From the IMG/VR virus record IMGVR_UViG_3300010163_001998: a DNA stretch of 61,547 bases, one strand, 5' to 3'. A program made the translations under genes and the position numbers. The stretch comes from an uncultured virus (IMG/VR IMGVR_UViG_3300010163_001998). Its lineage: Duplodnaviria > Heunggongvirae > Uroviricota > Caudoviricetes. The notes below the pieces were generated by a model. That model was given only the letters and a program-made list of their open reading frames with translations. It was not told the DNA's origin and searched no databases. Positions 1 to 11,028 of this stretch are shown here, in pieces. Position 1 is the first letter of the stretch. Every line of letters begins with the position of its first letter.

Positions 1-1347
1 ACAGATTCAGAGGAAACATCGGCATTTCCTAATTTGCTTGGAGAAAACAATGACACGAGTAATTTACCATTAATAGGGTTACCTGAAGCTATCAGGAGAA
101 TAGAGACAGAGATGGGTAAACGCGCTGCATTAGGTAGTCAGTTTGGAATATTGAAGAGTGAAATTACATCTCAGAATATCAATGGTAGCTTGATGTACGT
201 AGTTCCACTTGAACCTAAGAGTTGGTTACAATGGGATGACAATGGAAACAGGGGATACTTCATCATAGACAGAAACAATGGAAACATTGAATTTATTGAA
301 ACATCCTTAGCAACAACAATTAAAGCTCCTTTTGGAAATAATGCAAAGAGAATACTTTACTCATACATGCTTAATAATGGTATAAACGGTAGAGTAACAG
401 ATATTAGTCCAGAGATAGATGACAGTGGCAATTTCTTCTATGTAGCAACTGTATATGAAACAGATGGTATAGATGGAATGAGCAGAGTAACAGGTGTAAT
501 TCAGTTAAATCCTTTTACAACAGAATGTGAGTTCTTCGGATTGGACAATATACCAGAATATATAGACAGGGTATTTCCTCAGTGGTTATTTGAAGATTAC
601 TTAGAGTACTATGGAAAATATGAAAAGGGCTGGTTGAATTCATGGATAAAACAGAAAGGTGTTCAGGTAGCAACAGATGGAAGCGATATAGTTTATATAG
701 ATGGAACATGTTACTACTATACTGGGTTTACACCTTCTGGAAAAGGTGAAAGCAGTAACGGAATTATGATGATGAACTGTAGGACAGGTGAGATAGAATA
801 TCATGTAACCTACGGTATATCAGAAAACAGGGCAATAACAGTAGCACAAGGTAAGGTTCAGGAAAAGGAATATAGTGCATCATATCCATTATTACTGATG
901 ATCAGTGGAGAAGAAACTTATTTCATGTTAATGAGAGATAAGAATAACAACTTAGTAGGATATGCATTTGTAAATTACAAGGATTATACTAAGTCAGCAG
1001 TAAATGAATCACTCTTAACAGCCCAAGCAGATTATATCAAGGCTTGTAATGAGATAAACACTGCAGATTTATTGAATAACATGGATTCAGAAGGTTTATC
1101 TTCAGATTCAGGAACAATATTACAGCTGGCAACAGAGGTAGTGGATAACAATACAATGTATTACATCCGAATTAAAGAGAGTGGACCAATATATACCTTC
1201 AGGAGCACCTTGGAGCCTGAAATAGTCTTCGCAAAAGAAGGAGACACAATCACCATAAGTTACATTCCATTAGCATCAGAAGCATCAAATGAAATAGGTA
1301 CTACAAAATTAATTCCAGCAGTTAAAGTAAAGCTGGGAGGCAACTAA
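1..1347 (+). CDS. Conserved Firmicutes-type hypothetical protein, probably extracytoplasmic (5' end outside window)
   Basis: Frame is open from base 1. Motifs YVVPLE, GWLNSWIKQKGV, YYYTGFT and AQGKVQEKEYSASYPLL recall an uncharacterised Firmicutes family. Confidence 0.75.
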   Translation, partial: TDSEETSAFPNLLGENNDTSNLPLIGLPEAIRRIETEMGKRAALGSQFGILKSEITSQNINGSLMYVVPLEPKSWLQWDDNGNRGYFIIDRNNGNIEFIETSLATTIKAPFGNNAKRILYSYMLNNGINGRVTDISPEIDDSGNFFYVATVYETDGIDGMSRVTGVIQLNPFTTECEFFGLDNIPEYIDRVFPQWLFEDYLEYYGKYEKGWLNSWIKQKGVQVATDGSDIVYIDGTCYYYTGFTPSGKGESSNGIMMMNCRTGEIEYHVTYGISENRAITVAQGKVQEKEYSASYPLLLMISGEETYFMLMRDKNNNLVGYAFVNYKDYTKSAVNESLLTAQADYIKACNEINTADLLNNMDSEGLSSDSGTILQLATEVVDNNTMYYIRIKESGPIYTFRSTLEPEIVFAKEGDTITISYIPLASEASNEIGTTKLIPAVKVKLGGN

Positions 1348-1373
1348 AAACTATTACAAGGGGGAAAAAGAGC

Positions 1374-1601
1374 ATGAAAAAAGCATCCAACAAACCTAAA
1401 TTCAAAATAGGTCAAACAGTATATAACACTGTAAGCTGTATAGGTTCATATGAACCATCAAGGTGTGGAAAATATGAGAAACTGAAGATATCAAAGATTG
1501 AGCAACAGGGTGATACATTTGTATACACCTGTGATTATGATGGATACAAATTTAAAGAGAATGAACTGATAACAAGAGCAGAGTACAAAAGAATGATTTA
1601 G
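1374..1601 (+). CDS. Small hypothetical protein (KFKIGQTVY start, SH3-like barrel type)
   Basis: 75-aa ORF with purine-rich RBS, followed by a terminator. Confidence 0.75.
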   Translation: MKKASNKPKFKIGQTVYNTVSCIGSYEPSRCGKYEKLKISKIEQQGDTFVYTCDYDGYKFKENELITRAEYKRMI

Positions 1602-1612
1602 CACCTAAAACT

Positions 1613-1649
1613 AAGGGGTTCATTGATAAGATTCAGTGAACCCTTTTTT
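1613..1649 (+). terminator. Rho-independent terminator
   Basis: GGGTTCATTGA / TCAGTGAACCC stem followed by T6. Confidence 0.85.
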
Positions 1650-2318
1650 ATAAAGAATTAGCTTATTGCAATATCACAGAATCATTCTTTTTTGTTTTTA
1701 TCTCTCTTCAAGGATACCGTTATTTTTACATTGTACTCAATAGGAGTTAAATTTTTGTTTTATTATAACATTAATATAGGCATATAGATATTTATGTTAT
1801 ATTAATTAAAATAATAAACAAGGGGATATACATTAAAAAAGTAGCTAATTGTCCATAAAAAGATTGGTTAAGATACCTAAAATTAGAAGCATTAAGTAAA
1901 TTTTAGTAATACATCAATAAAAATTTAATAGCATGTAATATTAAAATCAAATAAGGGTTAAAAATTTCAGGGTGGAGATTGATGGTCGCACTGCATTAGA
2001 AAATCAACTAGACATTGGAGTTAAAACTAGGATAGACTAGTGAGTAGAATGATTAGACATTCCAGAGGCATTGGTATAAAAACAACATTATTAAAAAATT
2101 ATCAAAATTGGTAAGAGTTTAATTATGGATAAAAAGCTGAAATCAGCAATATAAAATTAAGAGGGTATTGCATGAATAAAACTTATAAACATATAAAATT
2201 AAGGCAAAATTAAGGCGAACATATAAAAATGAAAGATATAGCAAAAAACTTATTAATAGACACAATACTTATAATAATAAAAATTATTATAGACAATATA
2301 AGATAGGAGAAGAAAAAT

Positions 2319-3122
2319 ATGATTATAAACAACATTTGTTACATAGCAGAATTAGACCAAGATATAGATGATGTGTTGGCAGCAGAATATCTTCATGCAA
2401 CAATACCAACTGCATTAAAATCAGTAGTTTTATCTCCATACCCAAGAACAAGAGAGGGAAAGCAGAGATTAGAGAAATTACAAGCATCGTTTAATACAGC
2501 AAGAGCATCAGGATACAGTGACGTAAAGATATGCAAGAACATACCCTTAGGTACTGAGGTAGTGCTTGTAGGAGGACCCCTAACAGAAGTAGCAAAATAT
2601 ATAACACAGGGTAACAGTTTACACACATTAATAATGAATGGTGGTTTTGTAGGGAGCAACATTGTACCATTCAATATGCAACTAGATAAGTTCAAGAACA
2701 AGAAGTATGTGAGAACCTTTAATTTCAATTGTGATATCAGGGCAACAGAAGTAGTATTAAAATCAAATTATTCAAGTATAGGGGAGATAATACTAGTTGG
2801 TAAAAATGTGTGTCATAGTGAAAGAAATACATTACAAGGAGATATCTGGAGGAATGACAAAATACTACAGGACATTTGTAAACGTTACAACGTAAGACCT
2901 AACAAAAGACTTCATGACATACTAGCATCTAAGGATGGCCTACAGTATATAATAAACAGTGCCTATTGTATATGTGAATATGCAAAGGTATTTCCTATAA
3001 ATACAGGGTTAAATGATAACATGACACAATGGGGAAGTGAAATGACAAGAATAAATGGTACAAGACAATACAGAGATGTATGGGCAGCAGTTTGCATGAA
3101 AAATGAGGACATAGTACAATGA
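2319..3122 (+). CDS. Nucleoside hydrolase (IU-NH fold) family protein, main catalytic motifs retained
   Basis: ELDQDIDD (cf. DxDxxxDD), GPLTEVA (GPLTN), IMNGG, FNFNCDIRA (FNxxxDPEA), LHDILA (LHDP). AGGAG RBS. Confidence 0.75.
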   Translation: MIINNICYIAELDQDIDDVLAAEYLHATIPTALKSVVLSPYPRTREGKQRLEKLQASFNTARASGYSDVKICKNIPLGTEVVLVGGPLTEVAKYITQGNSLHTLIMNGGFVGSNIVPFNMQLDKFKNKKYVRTFNFNCDIRATEVVLKSNYSSIGEIILVGKNVCHSERNTLQGDIWRNDKILQDICKRYNVRPNKRLHDILASKDGLQYIINSAYCICEYAKVFPINTGLNDNMTQWGSEMTRINGTRQYRDVWAAVCMKNEDIVQ

Positions 3123-3946
3123 ATCATGAAGTAACATTTATTTTGGATCCTAATGACATAGATAGTTATATAGCCTGTGAGTATATCAATTATTATTTAA
3201 AAGATAAACTAGGTACAGTAGTTATAGATGGTGAACCAACCAGTAGAAACAGATATTTATTAAATAACTTAATAAATTTATTTAATAAACAGTTAACACT
3301 TGGGATAAACAATGTACAGATAGCATCTGAATTATCACAGGCTGAATATTACATTGTGGTTTGTTGCTCTAAACTTACAAAAATAGCTAATGCAGTATCA
3401 AATAACAGATACATCAATTGGCTGTTTATGCCAGGTGGATATATAGGAAATGAAATAGATTCTATAAAGACGACTACAACCAGACATAAAATGAAACAAT
3501 CACCCATATTAAATAAATCAGGATTTGCAACTGATGTTATACTATCAACAGACAGTTCTCAAATAGGTAATTTATATTTAATGACTGAAAATATATTATG
3601 TAGTGGAGCAAATAAAATAACAGGGAAACTTTGGAAATATGATAAGCTAGCAAATAAACTTTTTAAGAAATACAATAGAATAAATAATCCAGACTATATG
3701 CATAAAGTAAATCATTTGATAACAAGCAGGGAAGCATTAGATGTTACAGCCATACTAGGTTCTTATAATGGAATGAAAATTTTAGACACTAATATAAATC
3801 TTCAAGCAAATAGATTAGTTAAGTTTGAGTATTTATATCCAGAATGTTCAATACAACCATATAACACATATAACAAAAATTATTGGTATGCATCAGATGA
3901 TATTTATGGTTCATATAGAGGATGCTTCATGGCTTATATAAAATGA
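3119..3946 (+). CDS. Diverged nucleoside-hydrolase-like paralog, catalytic motifs degenerate
   Basis: LDPNDIDS, LTKIAN, MPGGYIG and GKLW align to 2319..3122. ATGA overlap with the previous gene. Confidence 0.7.
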   Translation: MNHEVTFILDPNDIDSYIACEYINYYLKDKLGTVVIDGEPTSRNRYLLNNLINLFNKQLTLGINNVQIASELSQAEYYIVVCCSKLTKIANAVSNNRYINWLFMPGGYIGNEIDSIKTTTTRHKMKQSPILNKSGFATDVILSTDSSQIGNLYLMTENILCSGANKITGKLWKYDKLANKLFKKYNRINNPDYMHKVNHLITSREALDVTAILGSYNGMKILDTNINLQANRLVKFEYLYPECSIQPYNTYNKNYWYASDDIYGSYRGCFMAYIK

Positions 3947-3952
3947 GATAAA

Positions 3953-4697
3953 ATGTTTAATACAAATACAGTAGTGTTTATATTAGACACAAATGATATA
4001 GATAGTTACATAGCCTATGAATATGCAAGTATCCATTTAAAAGATAAACTAACCCACTTAGTAATAGATGGTAAACCAAATGCTAAAAATAAACCTTTAT
4101 TAAATAATCTAACTATCTTTTTACAAAAACAAGCAGTACTTGGAGTAAGTAATATAGAGATATCAACAAAATTACCTTTTAGTATATACACAGTAATATG
4201 TTGTTCTACTTTAAATAAAGTAGTATAATCTTTAGATCATACAACAATAGACACTTTGATAGCATCAGGGGGATATGTGGGAAGGGGTTATGCAGAAGAA
4301 AGTAATATACTAAAAGAAACTTTAGCAATCGGTTACGATTACAATATAACTAAATACAAAAGCCAATCTCATATTCTCAGTAAAAATTTGTCAGCCACTG
4401 ATAAGTGAAAACTTATTAAGAAGCAGATTAAATGCAACATCAGGAGCACTTTGGGCATATGATACAGCACAGCACTTGTTTAAGAAGTATAACAAACAAT
4501 ATTCTAAAGTGAAGCATTTAGCAATATGTTATATGGACATAAGGGATATTTTATATGCTGGGGTTTCAAAAATAAATTTTGGTGTTGTTGGATATACAAC
4601 ATATGATGTTGATAAACAAGGCAAAATATATTGGTACTTTTTATTAGACAAAAGACAATACAGAGAATGTAAAATATACATAAAACAAAGGACATAA
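3953..4697 (+). pseudogene. Disrupted nucleoside-hydrolase-like paralog, closest to 3119..3946
   Basis: In-frame TAA at 4226-4228. The frame continues SLDHTTIDTLIASGGYVG...SHILSKNLSATDK*, then another frame gives GALWAYD...LFKKYN...KVKHL. Confidence 0.75.
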
Positions 4698-4839
4698 CAG
4701 GTAAGCATAAAAGATAACATATTATTAATAGGATTTATAATCATAAGCATAATATATGCAACTATTCCATCAATCAAACAACTATATGATAGCAATATGA
4801 ATAAAAGACTTGCAATTATAAAAAAAGAGGAATAACATA

Positions 4840-5652
4840 ATGAAACTATATAATGTTTGTTGGGTAGTAAATTTAGACAAAGATATAGAGTGTGTGATGG
4901 CAGTAGAGTATTTTCATGCATTACATCCAGATTTATTAAAATCAGTAGTTTTATCTCCATACCCAGTAACACCTGAAGGAAAACAAAGACTAGAGAAGCT
5001 TGAAACCTTGTTTAATAAGGCTAGGATCTTAGGTATTAGTGATGTAAACATAGTTGAAAAAATTCCAGATAAAACAGAAACAGTATTTATAGATGCACCA
5101 TTAACAGAGGTAGCAAATTATATAAACAGGTCATGCAGACTAAATACATTGATAATGAATGGGGGATTTGTAGGAACTAACTTAGTACCTTATAAAAAAG
5201 ATTTAATGATTTTAAAGATGGAGCATACACAGAGATACCAAATTTTAGCAATGACCTAGAAGCAACAAAACAAATATTGCATAAATCATCATTGGCAGAT
5301 ATATCTAGTATACTACTGGTAGGAGATAATGTAACATACAATAACAAAAAACACACCTCAAGGAGAAATTTGGAAAGGTGATGACATAGCACAGAACATA
5401 TGCAAGCGTTATAATGTAGATGCAGACAAAAAGCTTGCCAATATGTTATTATGTAAAGAAGGTTTACAGGCAACAAAAAATCTGAAAAAATGTTCATGCA
5501 TCTATTACAAAGTGTATTTATACAGTAATACATTGAATATAAAAGAACCACAATAGGGGAGTACCACACATCCTATAAATAACCATGATACAAGGTCATT
5601 CTTAGCAGCAGCTTATATCAAAGACACAAATAAGGGAGGAGAATATACTTAA
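4840..5652 (+). pseudogene. Frameshifted nucleoside-hydrolase-like paralog
   Basis: N-half LKSVVLSPYP/PLTEVA/IMNGGFVG. Homology continues in other frames after A6 runs near 5194 and 5346 (LLVGDNV, QGEIWK, ICKRYNV, RSFLAAAYI). Ends in TAATG overlap with the next gene. Confidence 0.75.
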
Positions 5653-6467
5653 TGAAAATATCTAGTATATGCTATGTAATAAATATGGACAAAGATATAG
5701 ATAGTATGTGTGCAATAGAATACCTTCATGCAACACTACCAAATAAACTAAAATCAGTAGTTTTGTCTCCATACCCAGAAACAGTTGAAGGAAAACAAAA
5801 AGTAAAAAAGTTAGAAACACTATTTAATAAAGCAAGAGCATTTGGAATAAGTGATGTAAAAATTTGTGAAGAAATACCCCTTAGTACAGAAGCAATAATT
5901 GTAAGTGGACCATTAACAAAAATAGAAGAATACATTGGTAAGAGATTTGAAACTTTAGATTTATTAGTAGTTCATGCTGGTTTTGTAGGATACAATGTAG
6001 TACAATATAATGATAAGCTATCAATATATAAAAATACAAAACATTTAAAATCAGAAAACCTTGATGATGATTATTATGCAACACAAGCTGTATTAAAAAC
6101 ATCAAAAATAGTTATAGATAAAATAGTGTTTATAGGGGACAATGTTTGTCACAGTCCAAAGAACACATCACAAGGGAGCATATGGAGAAATGATGAAAGG
6201 GCACAGAACATTTTTAAAAGATACAATATAGAAAAAGATAAAAAATTATGTAACATGCTAACATGTAGGGAAGCATTAGCATTAATACAAAACACAGGTG
6301 ATTACATATGTGAGTATAGAACAGTACATCCTTTTAGGGATAAAGATACAAAACAATGGGGAAGTGAACAAAGAACTTATATTGATACATATGAGACGTA
6401 CTCGAGTCAATTACAATTACAAAATTTTAGAAGTGTAAGAGCAGCAGCTTACATCCTTGAAGATTAA
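5652..6467 (+). CDS. Nucleoside-hydrolase-like paralog, catalytic Asp/His lost
   Basis: NMDKDIDS, LKSVVLSPYP, GPLTKI, QGSIWRND; LCNML replaces LHDIL. Confidence 0.8.
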   Translation: MKISSICYVINMDKDIDSMCAIEYLHATLPNKLKSVVLSPYPETVEGKQKVKKLETLFNKARAFGISDVKICEEIPLSTEAIIVSGPLTKIEEYIGKRFETLDLLVVHAGFVGYNVVQYNDKLSIYKNTKHLKSENLDDDYYATQAVLKTSKIVIDKIVFIGDNVCHSPKNTSQGSIWRNDERAQNIFKRYNIEKDKKLCNMLTCREALALIQNTGDYICEYRTVHPFRDKDTKQWGSEQRTYIDTYETYSSQLQLQNFRSVRAAAYILED

Positions 6468-6519
6468 TATTAATAAGGAGAACATATAATATGGGAACAG
6501 GAACATATAACCAGGTTCA

Positions 6520-7332
6520 ATGGCAGCTATATATAAAATGAATAACAAGATACACTACATAGCAGATTTAGATAATAGCTCAGATGACTTACCAGCAATA
6601 GAATACATACATGCTGTAGTACCTGAACTACTAGAGGGTGTCATAGTAACACCACCAAAAACAACAGGAGGCAAAGAAAGACTACAAAGTTTGCAGATAC
6701 TTTTTAATAAAGCACGCGCATTAAACATAAGCAACATAGAAATACTAGATAGTGTACCATCTCACACTGATATATTAATATGTAATAGTTCATTTACACC
6801 TATTGTACAATGTATAAATAGCAACACAGCTAAAATTGATACATTAGTTATAAATTCTATGTATAATAGTAATAACAGCAATGAAAAATATGAACATACA
6901 AAATATATAGAATCAGAAAAACTCAACAGAGATTTAGAAGCAGTAGAAAATGTATTAAATGACACAAGAAATACAATAAGTTACATTTATTCAATAGGTA
7001 TAGATACCAGTGATATACCTGATAATACAACTCAAGGTTTACTCTGGAAAGATGATAATATAGTACAGAATATATGTAAAAGGTATAAGATACATGAAGA
7101 TGTACCATTAAGCAACATATTAATGTGTCATGAAGCAATAAATCTAGCAGCTGGACGTAAAAAGGCTACTCGCTACTGTTATTATACAGGGACATATCCT
7201 ATTATGTATAAAATAGATGAAAAAATATATTGGGGAAGCATATCTGAAGATACAAAAAAGTATAAACTTTGGAACAAGTTACATACGAGTTTTAAGCAAG
7301 AAATAATAGTATCAGATGGGATTATAAAGTAA
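6520..7332 (+). CDS. Nucleoside-hydrolase-like paralog (start may be 6538)
   Basis: YIADLDNSSDD, LFNKARAL, QGLLWKDD, ICKRY; LSNIL replaces LHDIL. Confidence 0.8.
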   Translation: MAAIYKMNNKIHYIADLDNSSDDLPAIEYIHAVVPELLEGVIVTPPKTTGGKERLQSLQILFNKARALNISNIEILDSVPSHTDILICNSSFTPIVQCINSNTAKIDTLVINSMYNSNNSNEKYEHTKYIESEKLNRDLEAVENVLNDTRNTISYIYSIGIDTSDIPDNTTQGLLWKDDNIVQNICKRYKIHEDVPLSNILMCHEAINLAAGRKKATRYCYYTGTYPIMYKIDEKIYWGSISEDTKKYKLWNKLHTSFKQEIIVSDGIIK

Positions 7333-7359
7333 ATTAATTGAAGGAAAAGAGGAAAAGGA

Positions 7360-7620
7360 ATGACATCACAAGACAACACATCATTAAACAACCAGAGTAG
7401 CACGACTAAGATATTAAGAATCATTAGTATAATATATTGGATAGCAATAGTATTAATAGTAATATACATATGGAATACATACACGTTGCCAATGTTTAAA
7501 TCATCAAAGATAAATGGTAAGCTATTTGATATACCAATAACACTATTTATAGCAGATATAATACATAAAATAGGAGGAATAATACCATGTCAAATCTTAA
7601 GGAAAACAAAGAAGAATTAA
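7360..7620 (+). CDS. Small membrane protein
   Basis: Hydrophobic stretch IISIIYWIAIVLIVIYIW; purine-rich RBS. Confidence 0.6.
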   Translation: MTSQDNTSLNNQSSTTKILRIISIIYWIAIVLIVIYIWNTYTLPMFKSSKINGKLFDIPITLFIADIIHKIGGIIPCQILRKTKKN

Positions 7621-7886
7621 ACCAAGAAGGCTTAAATGAGATAAAGCAACATTGCAAAAAATTAACAGACTTATTACTAACACTTTGGGCAGCAGTAGAT
7701 AAAGAAGTATGTAAAAACTTAATACCAGAGATACTTAAAAAACTTACACTAAGCGATAAAGAAAAAGTATCAAAAGAATTACTTAGTACTATTGAAGCAG
7801 GTTTAGTCAGTAGAGTAATTATAGATAGTGACCTAGAAAAATTAAAAGAAGATGCCAATAAATTATTATATAACACAAACTTATAG
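7587..7886 (+). CDS. Hypothetical helical protein
   Basis: 99-aa ORF with AGGAGG RBS. Confidence 0.75.
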   Translation: MSNLKENKEELNQEGLNEIKQHCKKLTDLLLTLWAAVDKEVCKNLIPEILKKLTLSDKEKVSKELLSTIEAGLVSRVIIDSDLEKLKEDANKLLYNTNL

Positions 7887-7922
7887 GTAGAAAATTTTAA
7901 GGTAGGGAGGGGGTAAAAGAAA

Positions 7923-9182
7923 ATGATTCCAGTATTTACATGTGTAGGCAAAGTAAAAGATGAGAACAACAATATAGTATCCTATATAATCATGGACCCT
8001 AATAGCCCTGTAGATGGAACAAGACCTATAGAATCTAGTGTACTTAGAGATAAAATATTTAAAAAGCAAGTGATGATAGATAACATCAAGCTTAATGAGT
8101 TTGGCAAGCTTACTATAATTGGTTATGAAGATGAAAGTGAACATAAAACAGAAAAATATGTAGGTATAGAATACAAATATTTAGCTAAAGAAGCATTAAA
8201 GAAATTAATGTGGTACTTTAGCTGTGCAGGTATAGAATCTAAATTGGGTAAGAGTTATTGTAATGATACTAGACTAACATCTGAAAATACACTGCATTAC
8301 TTAGTCATAGATATAGTTGACATGAAAATGGATGACAGACTTAAAAATAAGTACAAAACAAATAAAGATGTACTAAAGACATTAAGAACAAACCCAACAT
8401 CATTTAATAATAAGGCTGAAAAGGAGCATGTGTCAAGTAGTTATAAGCTTATATCCATGATAAATCGTAGGAATGTCAATAACAATTATGTAAGTGATAC
8501 TAATAGGCCAGGTATAGTAATTCTGGATACAATAGAAGAAGCATTCTCAAAATTGGGACTAACCAACATAGCAATAGCTTTAACAGCAACACTTAGGGCA
8601 AACAATACTACTAAAGAAGAAAAACTGCTTAAAGATTACAATGTATACATTGGACATATAGTAGATGATAAGTTTATACACCTTACTTACAATAAAGTAA
8701 TAGACAGTGTAGAAAAAATAATAAACCATCAATTAAATGTAGTAGAAATACGAACATATAGGGATCAGGACACCCTAAAAGTAAAGGTAATGGATAAAAT
8801 AATGTTTAAGCTAGATTCAGAAAATAATGGTCCTGAAAGATTACAGATATCAACAGAGATGTTAATATTAAGCGACTTGATATTAAATATATTTATAGCA
8901 CAGAAACTTAAAGAATATCCTGACAGTATAGGTATTGCAACATACTTTAAGGGTGCAGATAGTTATGGCAGAATAAACTTATTTGAAAATGAAATATTCA
9001 ACAAACTTAATAAGAAACGTAAAAATTCGGAGACAAGAAAAGAGTTTATAGACTATCATATAAGAAAAGTAACAGAACAGCTTGAGGCAGTACAAGAAGC
9101 AAGGTCTATTTTAGAAAAACCAGCTCAGGTAAGCAGACAAAATACGAATATAATCAAAACATTCCTTGATACATTTAAATAA
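7923..9182 (+). CDS. Hypothetical protein
   Basis: 419-aa ORF with GGAGG RBS; no recognised catalytic motif. Confidence 0.8.
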   Translation: MIPVFTCVGKVKDENNNIVSYIIMDPNSPVDGTRPIESSVLRDKIFKKQVMIDNIKLNEFGKLTIIGYEDESEHKTEKYVGIEYKYLAKEALKKLMWYFSCAGIESKLGKSYCNDTRLTSENTLHYLVIDIVDMKMDDRLKNKYKTNKDVLKTLRTNPTSFNNKAEKEHVSSSYKLISMINRRNVNNNYVSDTNRPGIVILDTIEEAFSKLGLTNIAIALTATLRANNTTKEEKLLKDYNVYIGHIVDDKFIHLTYNKVIDSVEKIINHQLNVVEIRTYRDQDTLKVKVMDKIMFKLDSENNGPERLQISTEMLILSDLILNIFIAQKLKEYPDSIGIATYFKGADSYGRINLFENEIFNKLNKKRKNSETRKEFIDYHIRKVTEQLEAVQEARSILEKPAQVSRQNTNIIKTFLDTFK

Positions 9183-9281
9183 ATAGGCAATAATATAATT
9201 TTATAATACATGAACTTGCCAATTATTATAAAATATGGTATAATAGAATTATGAACCAACAAGAAAATTAAAGGACAATAA

Positions 9282-9935
9282 ATGGCTAATATATTATTAG
9301 ATTTAAATATTAAAAACATAATCATAAAAGGTATAAAATCAGAAGACGATTTAGTCATACCAGTTCTTAGAGATAAGCATGGGTATAATTATGGTAAGTT
9401 AAATCTTAATAATTATAGACAAATAAAATCGTTTTTAGGATTATGTAAAGAATTTATAAGAACAAAAATACAAACAAAACAGTGGAATGACATAAGCGAT
9501 AAAGATATAAAAAATTTTATATTTAATAAACTAATGCTTTTATTTGTTAATGAATCCAGAAAATATGTATTAGGTACAGGGATAATATTACATAGAAGAT
9601 TTATAAATTCAGAAATAATATATGAATTAGATTTGCGATTGCTTGGGCATAATTATACAAAATTCAGTAATAAGTTATTTTTTCAGTTTGAAGGTATACC
9701 AGAATTAGTAAACATACAAGACTTTATGAACATGGTACAAATGACATATGGGAATAGTGAGATGAACACTTATATAATAAGGGTAAATTATATAGATTCC
9801 ATATGGATTAAAAGATATCAAGAAAGTTTTTTAGAAATAGGTATTAAAACAAGACTGGTAACAAATTATAAATACAGACAACGATTAGAGAGATACAAGG
9901 GGTTAAGTAGCATAACACAATATATACATGATTAA
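9282..9935 (+). CDS. Family A paralog
   Basis: IKNIIIK; VNIQDFMNMVQMTY. Confidence 0.8.
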   Translation: MANILLDLNIKNIIIKGIKSEDDLVIPVLRDKHGYNYGKLNLNNYRQIKSFLGLCKEFIRTKIQTKQWNDISDKDIKNFIFNKLMLLFVNESRKYVLGTGIILHRRFINSEIIYELDLRLLGHNYTKFSNKLFFQFEGIPELVNIQDFMNMVQMTYGNSEMNTYIIRVNYIDSIWIKRYQESFLEIGIKTRLVTNYKYRQRLERYKGLSSITQYIHD

Positions 9936-9964
9936 ATTATGTAATTTTAAGGAAAAGGTATAAC

Positions 9965-10453
9965 ATGCATTTAGACAGTATAAATATTACATCTAAGAAA
10001 TTAAATAAGACAATTCAATTAAGCATGAAAAGTAACTGGGAAGAAATTAATAAAATTTTAGCCAATTCAGGTATGATAAATGAGCCTTTAAAAAGAGTAG
10101 GTAACAGTTCTATAACACTATTTCGTTATCAAATATGGGGTATGGGTATAATACCTATAAGATATGGTAGCATACCAGTTTTAATAAATAACAAATACCA
10201 TAAAACAACAAGCGATAAAATAGAAATCATAATATATAAAAAAGTATTTGATGGTTTAGTGGAATTTGAGTACAATGACACTAAAGTAAATGTATATGAT
10301 TTTTACACTTTATTAAAGACACTCTTTGATAAAAAAGAATCTGAATTAGATTCTATAGAAGCGTATGAATTATTTGATAATGCAGCAATAATAATATATG
10401 ATATATCAGATACAACAATAGACATACAAATAATAAGATGGTTAAGTAAATAA
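9965..10453 (+). CDS. Family A paralog
   Basis: LDSINI; VNVYDFYTLLKTLF. Confidence 0.75.
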   Translation: MHLDSINITSKKLNKTIQLSMKSNWEEINKILANSGMINEPLKRVGNSSITLFRYQIWGMGIIPIRYGSIPVLINNKYHKTTSDKIEIIIYKKVFDGLVEFEYNDTKVNVYDFYTLLKTLFDKKESELDSIEAYELFDNAAIIIYDISDTTIDIQIIRWLSK

Positions 10454-10477
10454 TAAAAAGCATAAGGTTAAATAAAA

Positions 10478-11005
10478 GTGAACATATCAAATAGCATAGA
10501 TTCAATAATATTAAACATTGGAAAAAATAAGGAAGCACAAGTAATACTTAAACTAGACAATTTATTAAATGCATTAAGCATAATAGAGCAAGTAAAAAAA
10601 CTAAAAAGCAAGTTTAACAAATATTATATAGCTGTAGCTGAAGGATTTGGCAGAGATAAAGTTAAAAGAATATATGTGATACCAAACAAATTTGTAAATG
10701 CTAATATTGCTATAAATGAAACATTAGGTAATTATGTAGCAATAATTATACTTGACACTCAATTAGATAAAGTTAAAGATAGGGTACAAATAAAGTTCAT
10801 TGACAATAGCATAATAAATGTAGAGGATTACATAAGAATAATAAGTATAACCAACACATTTATTAAAACGAAAGAACAGTATGAAAGTTATTATATGGAT
10901 AGCACTCAATTAGTGCATAATAAAAATGTGAATATGCAATTGATTAGGAGTCATATTAAAGAAAACATAGCTGATTTATACATAAGAATAGATTTTAAAC
11001 AATAA
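10478..11005 (+). CDS. Family A paralog
   Basis: IDSIILNI; INVEDYIRIISIT. Confidence 0.75.
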   Translation: MNISNSIDSIILNIGKNKEAQVILKLDNLLNALSIIEQVKKLKSKFNKYYIAVAEGFGRDKVKRIYVIPNKFVNANIAINETLGNYVAIIILDTQLDKVKDRVQIKFIDNSIINVEDYIRIISITNTFIKTKEQYESYYMDSTQLVHNKNVNMQLIRSHIKENIADLYIRIDFKQ

Positions 11006-11028
11006 AACATCATAAAGGAGAAAAAGAC

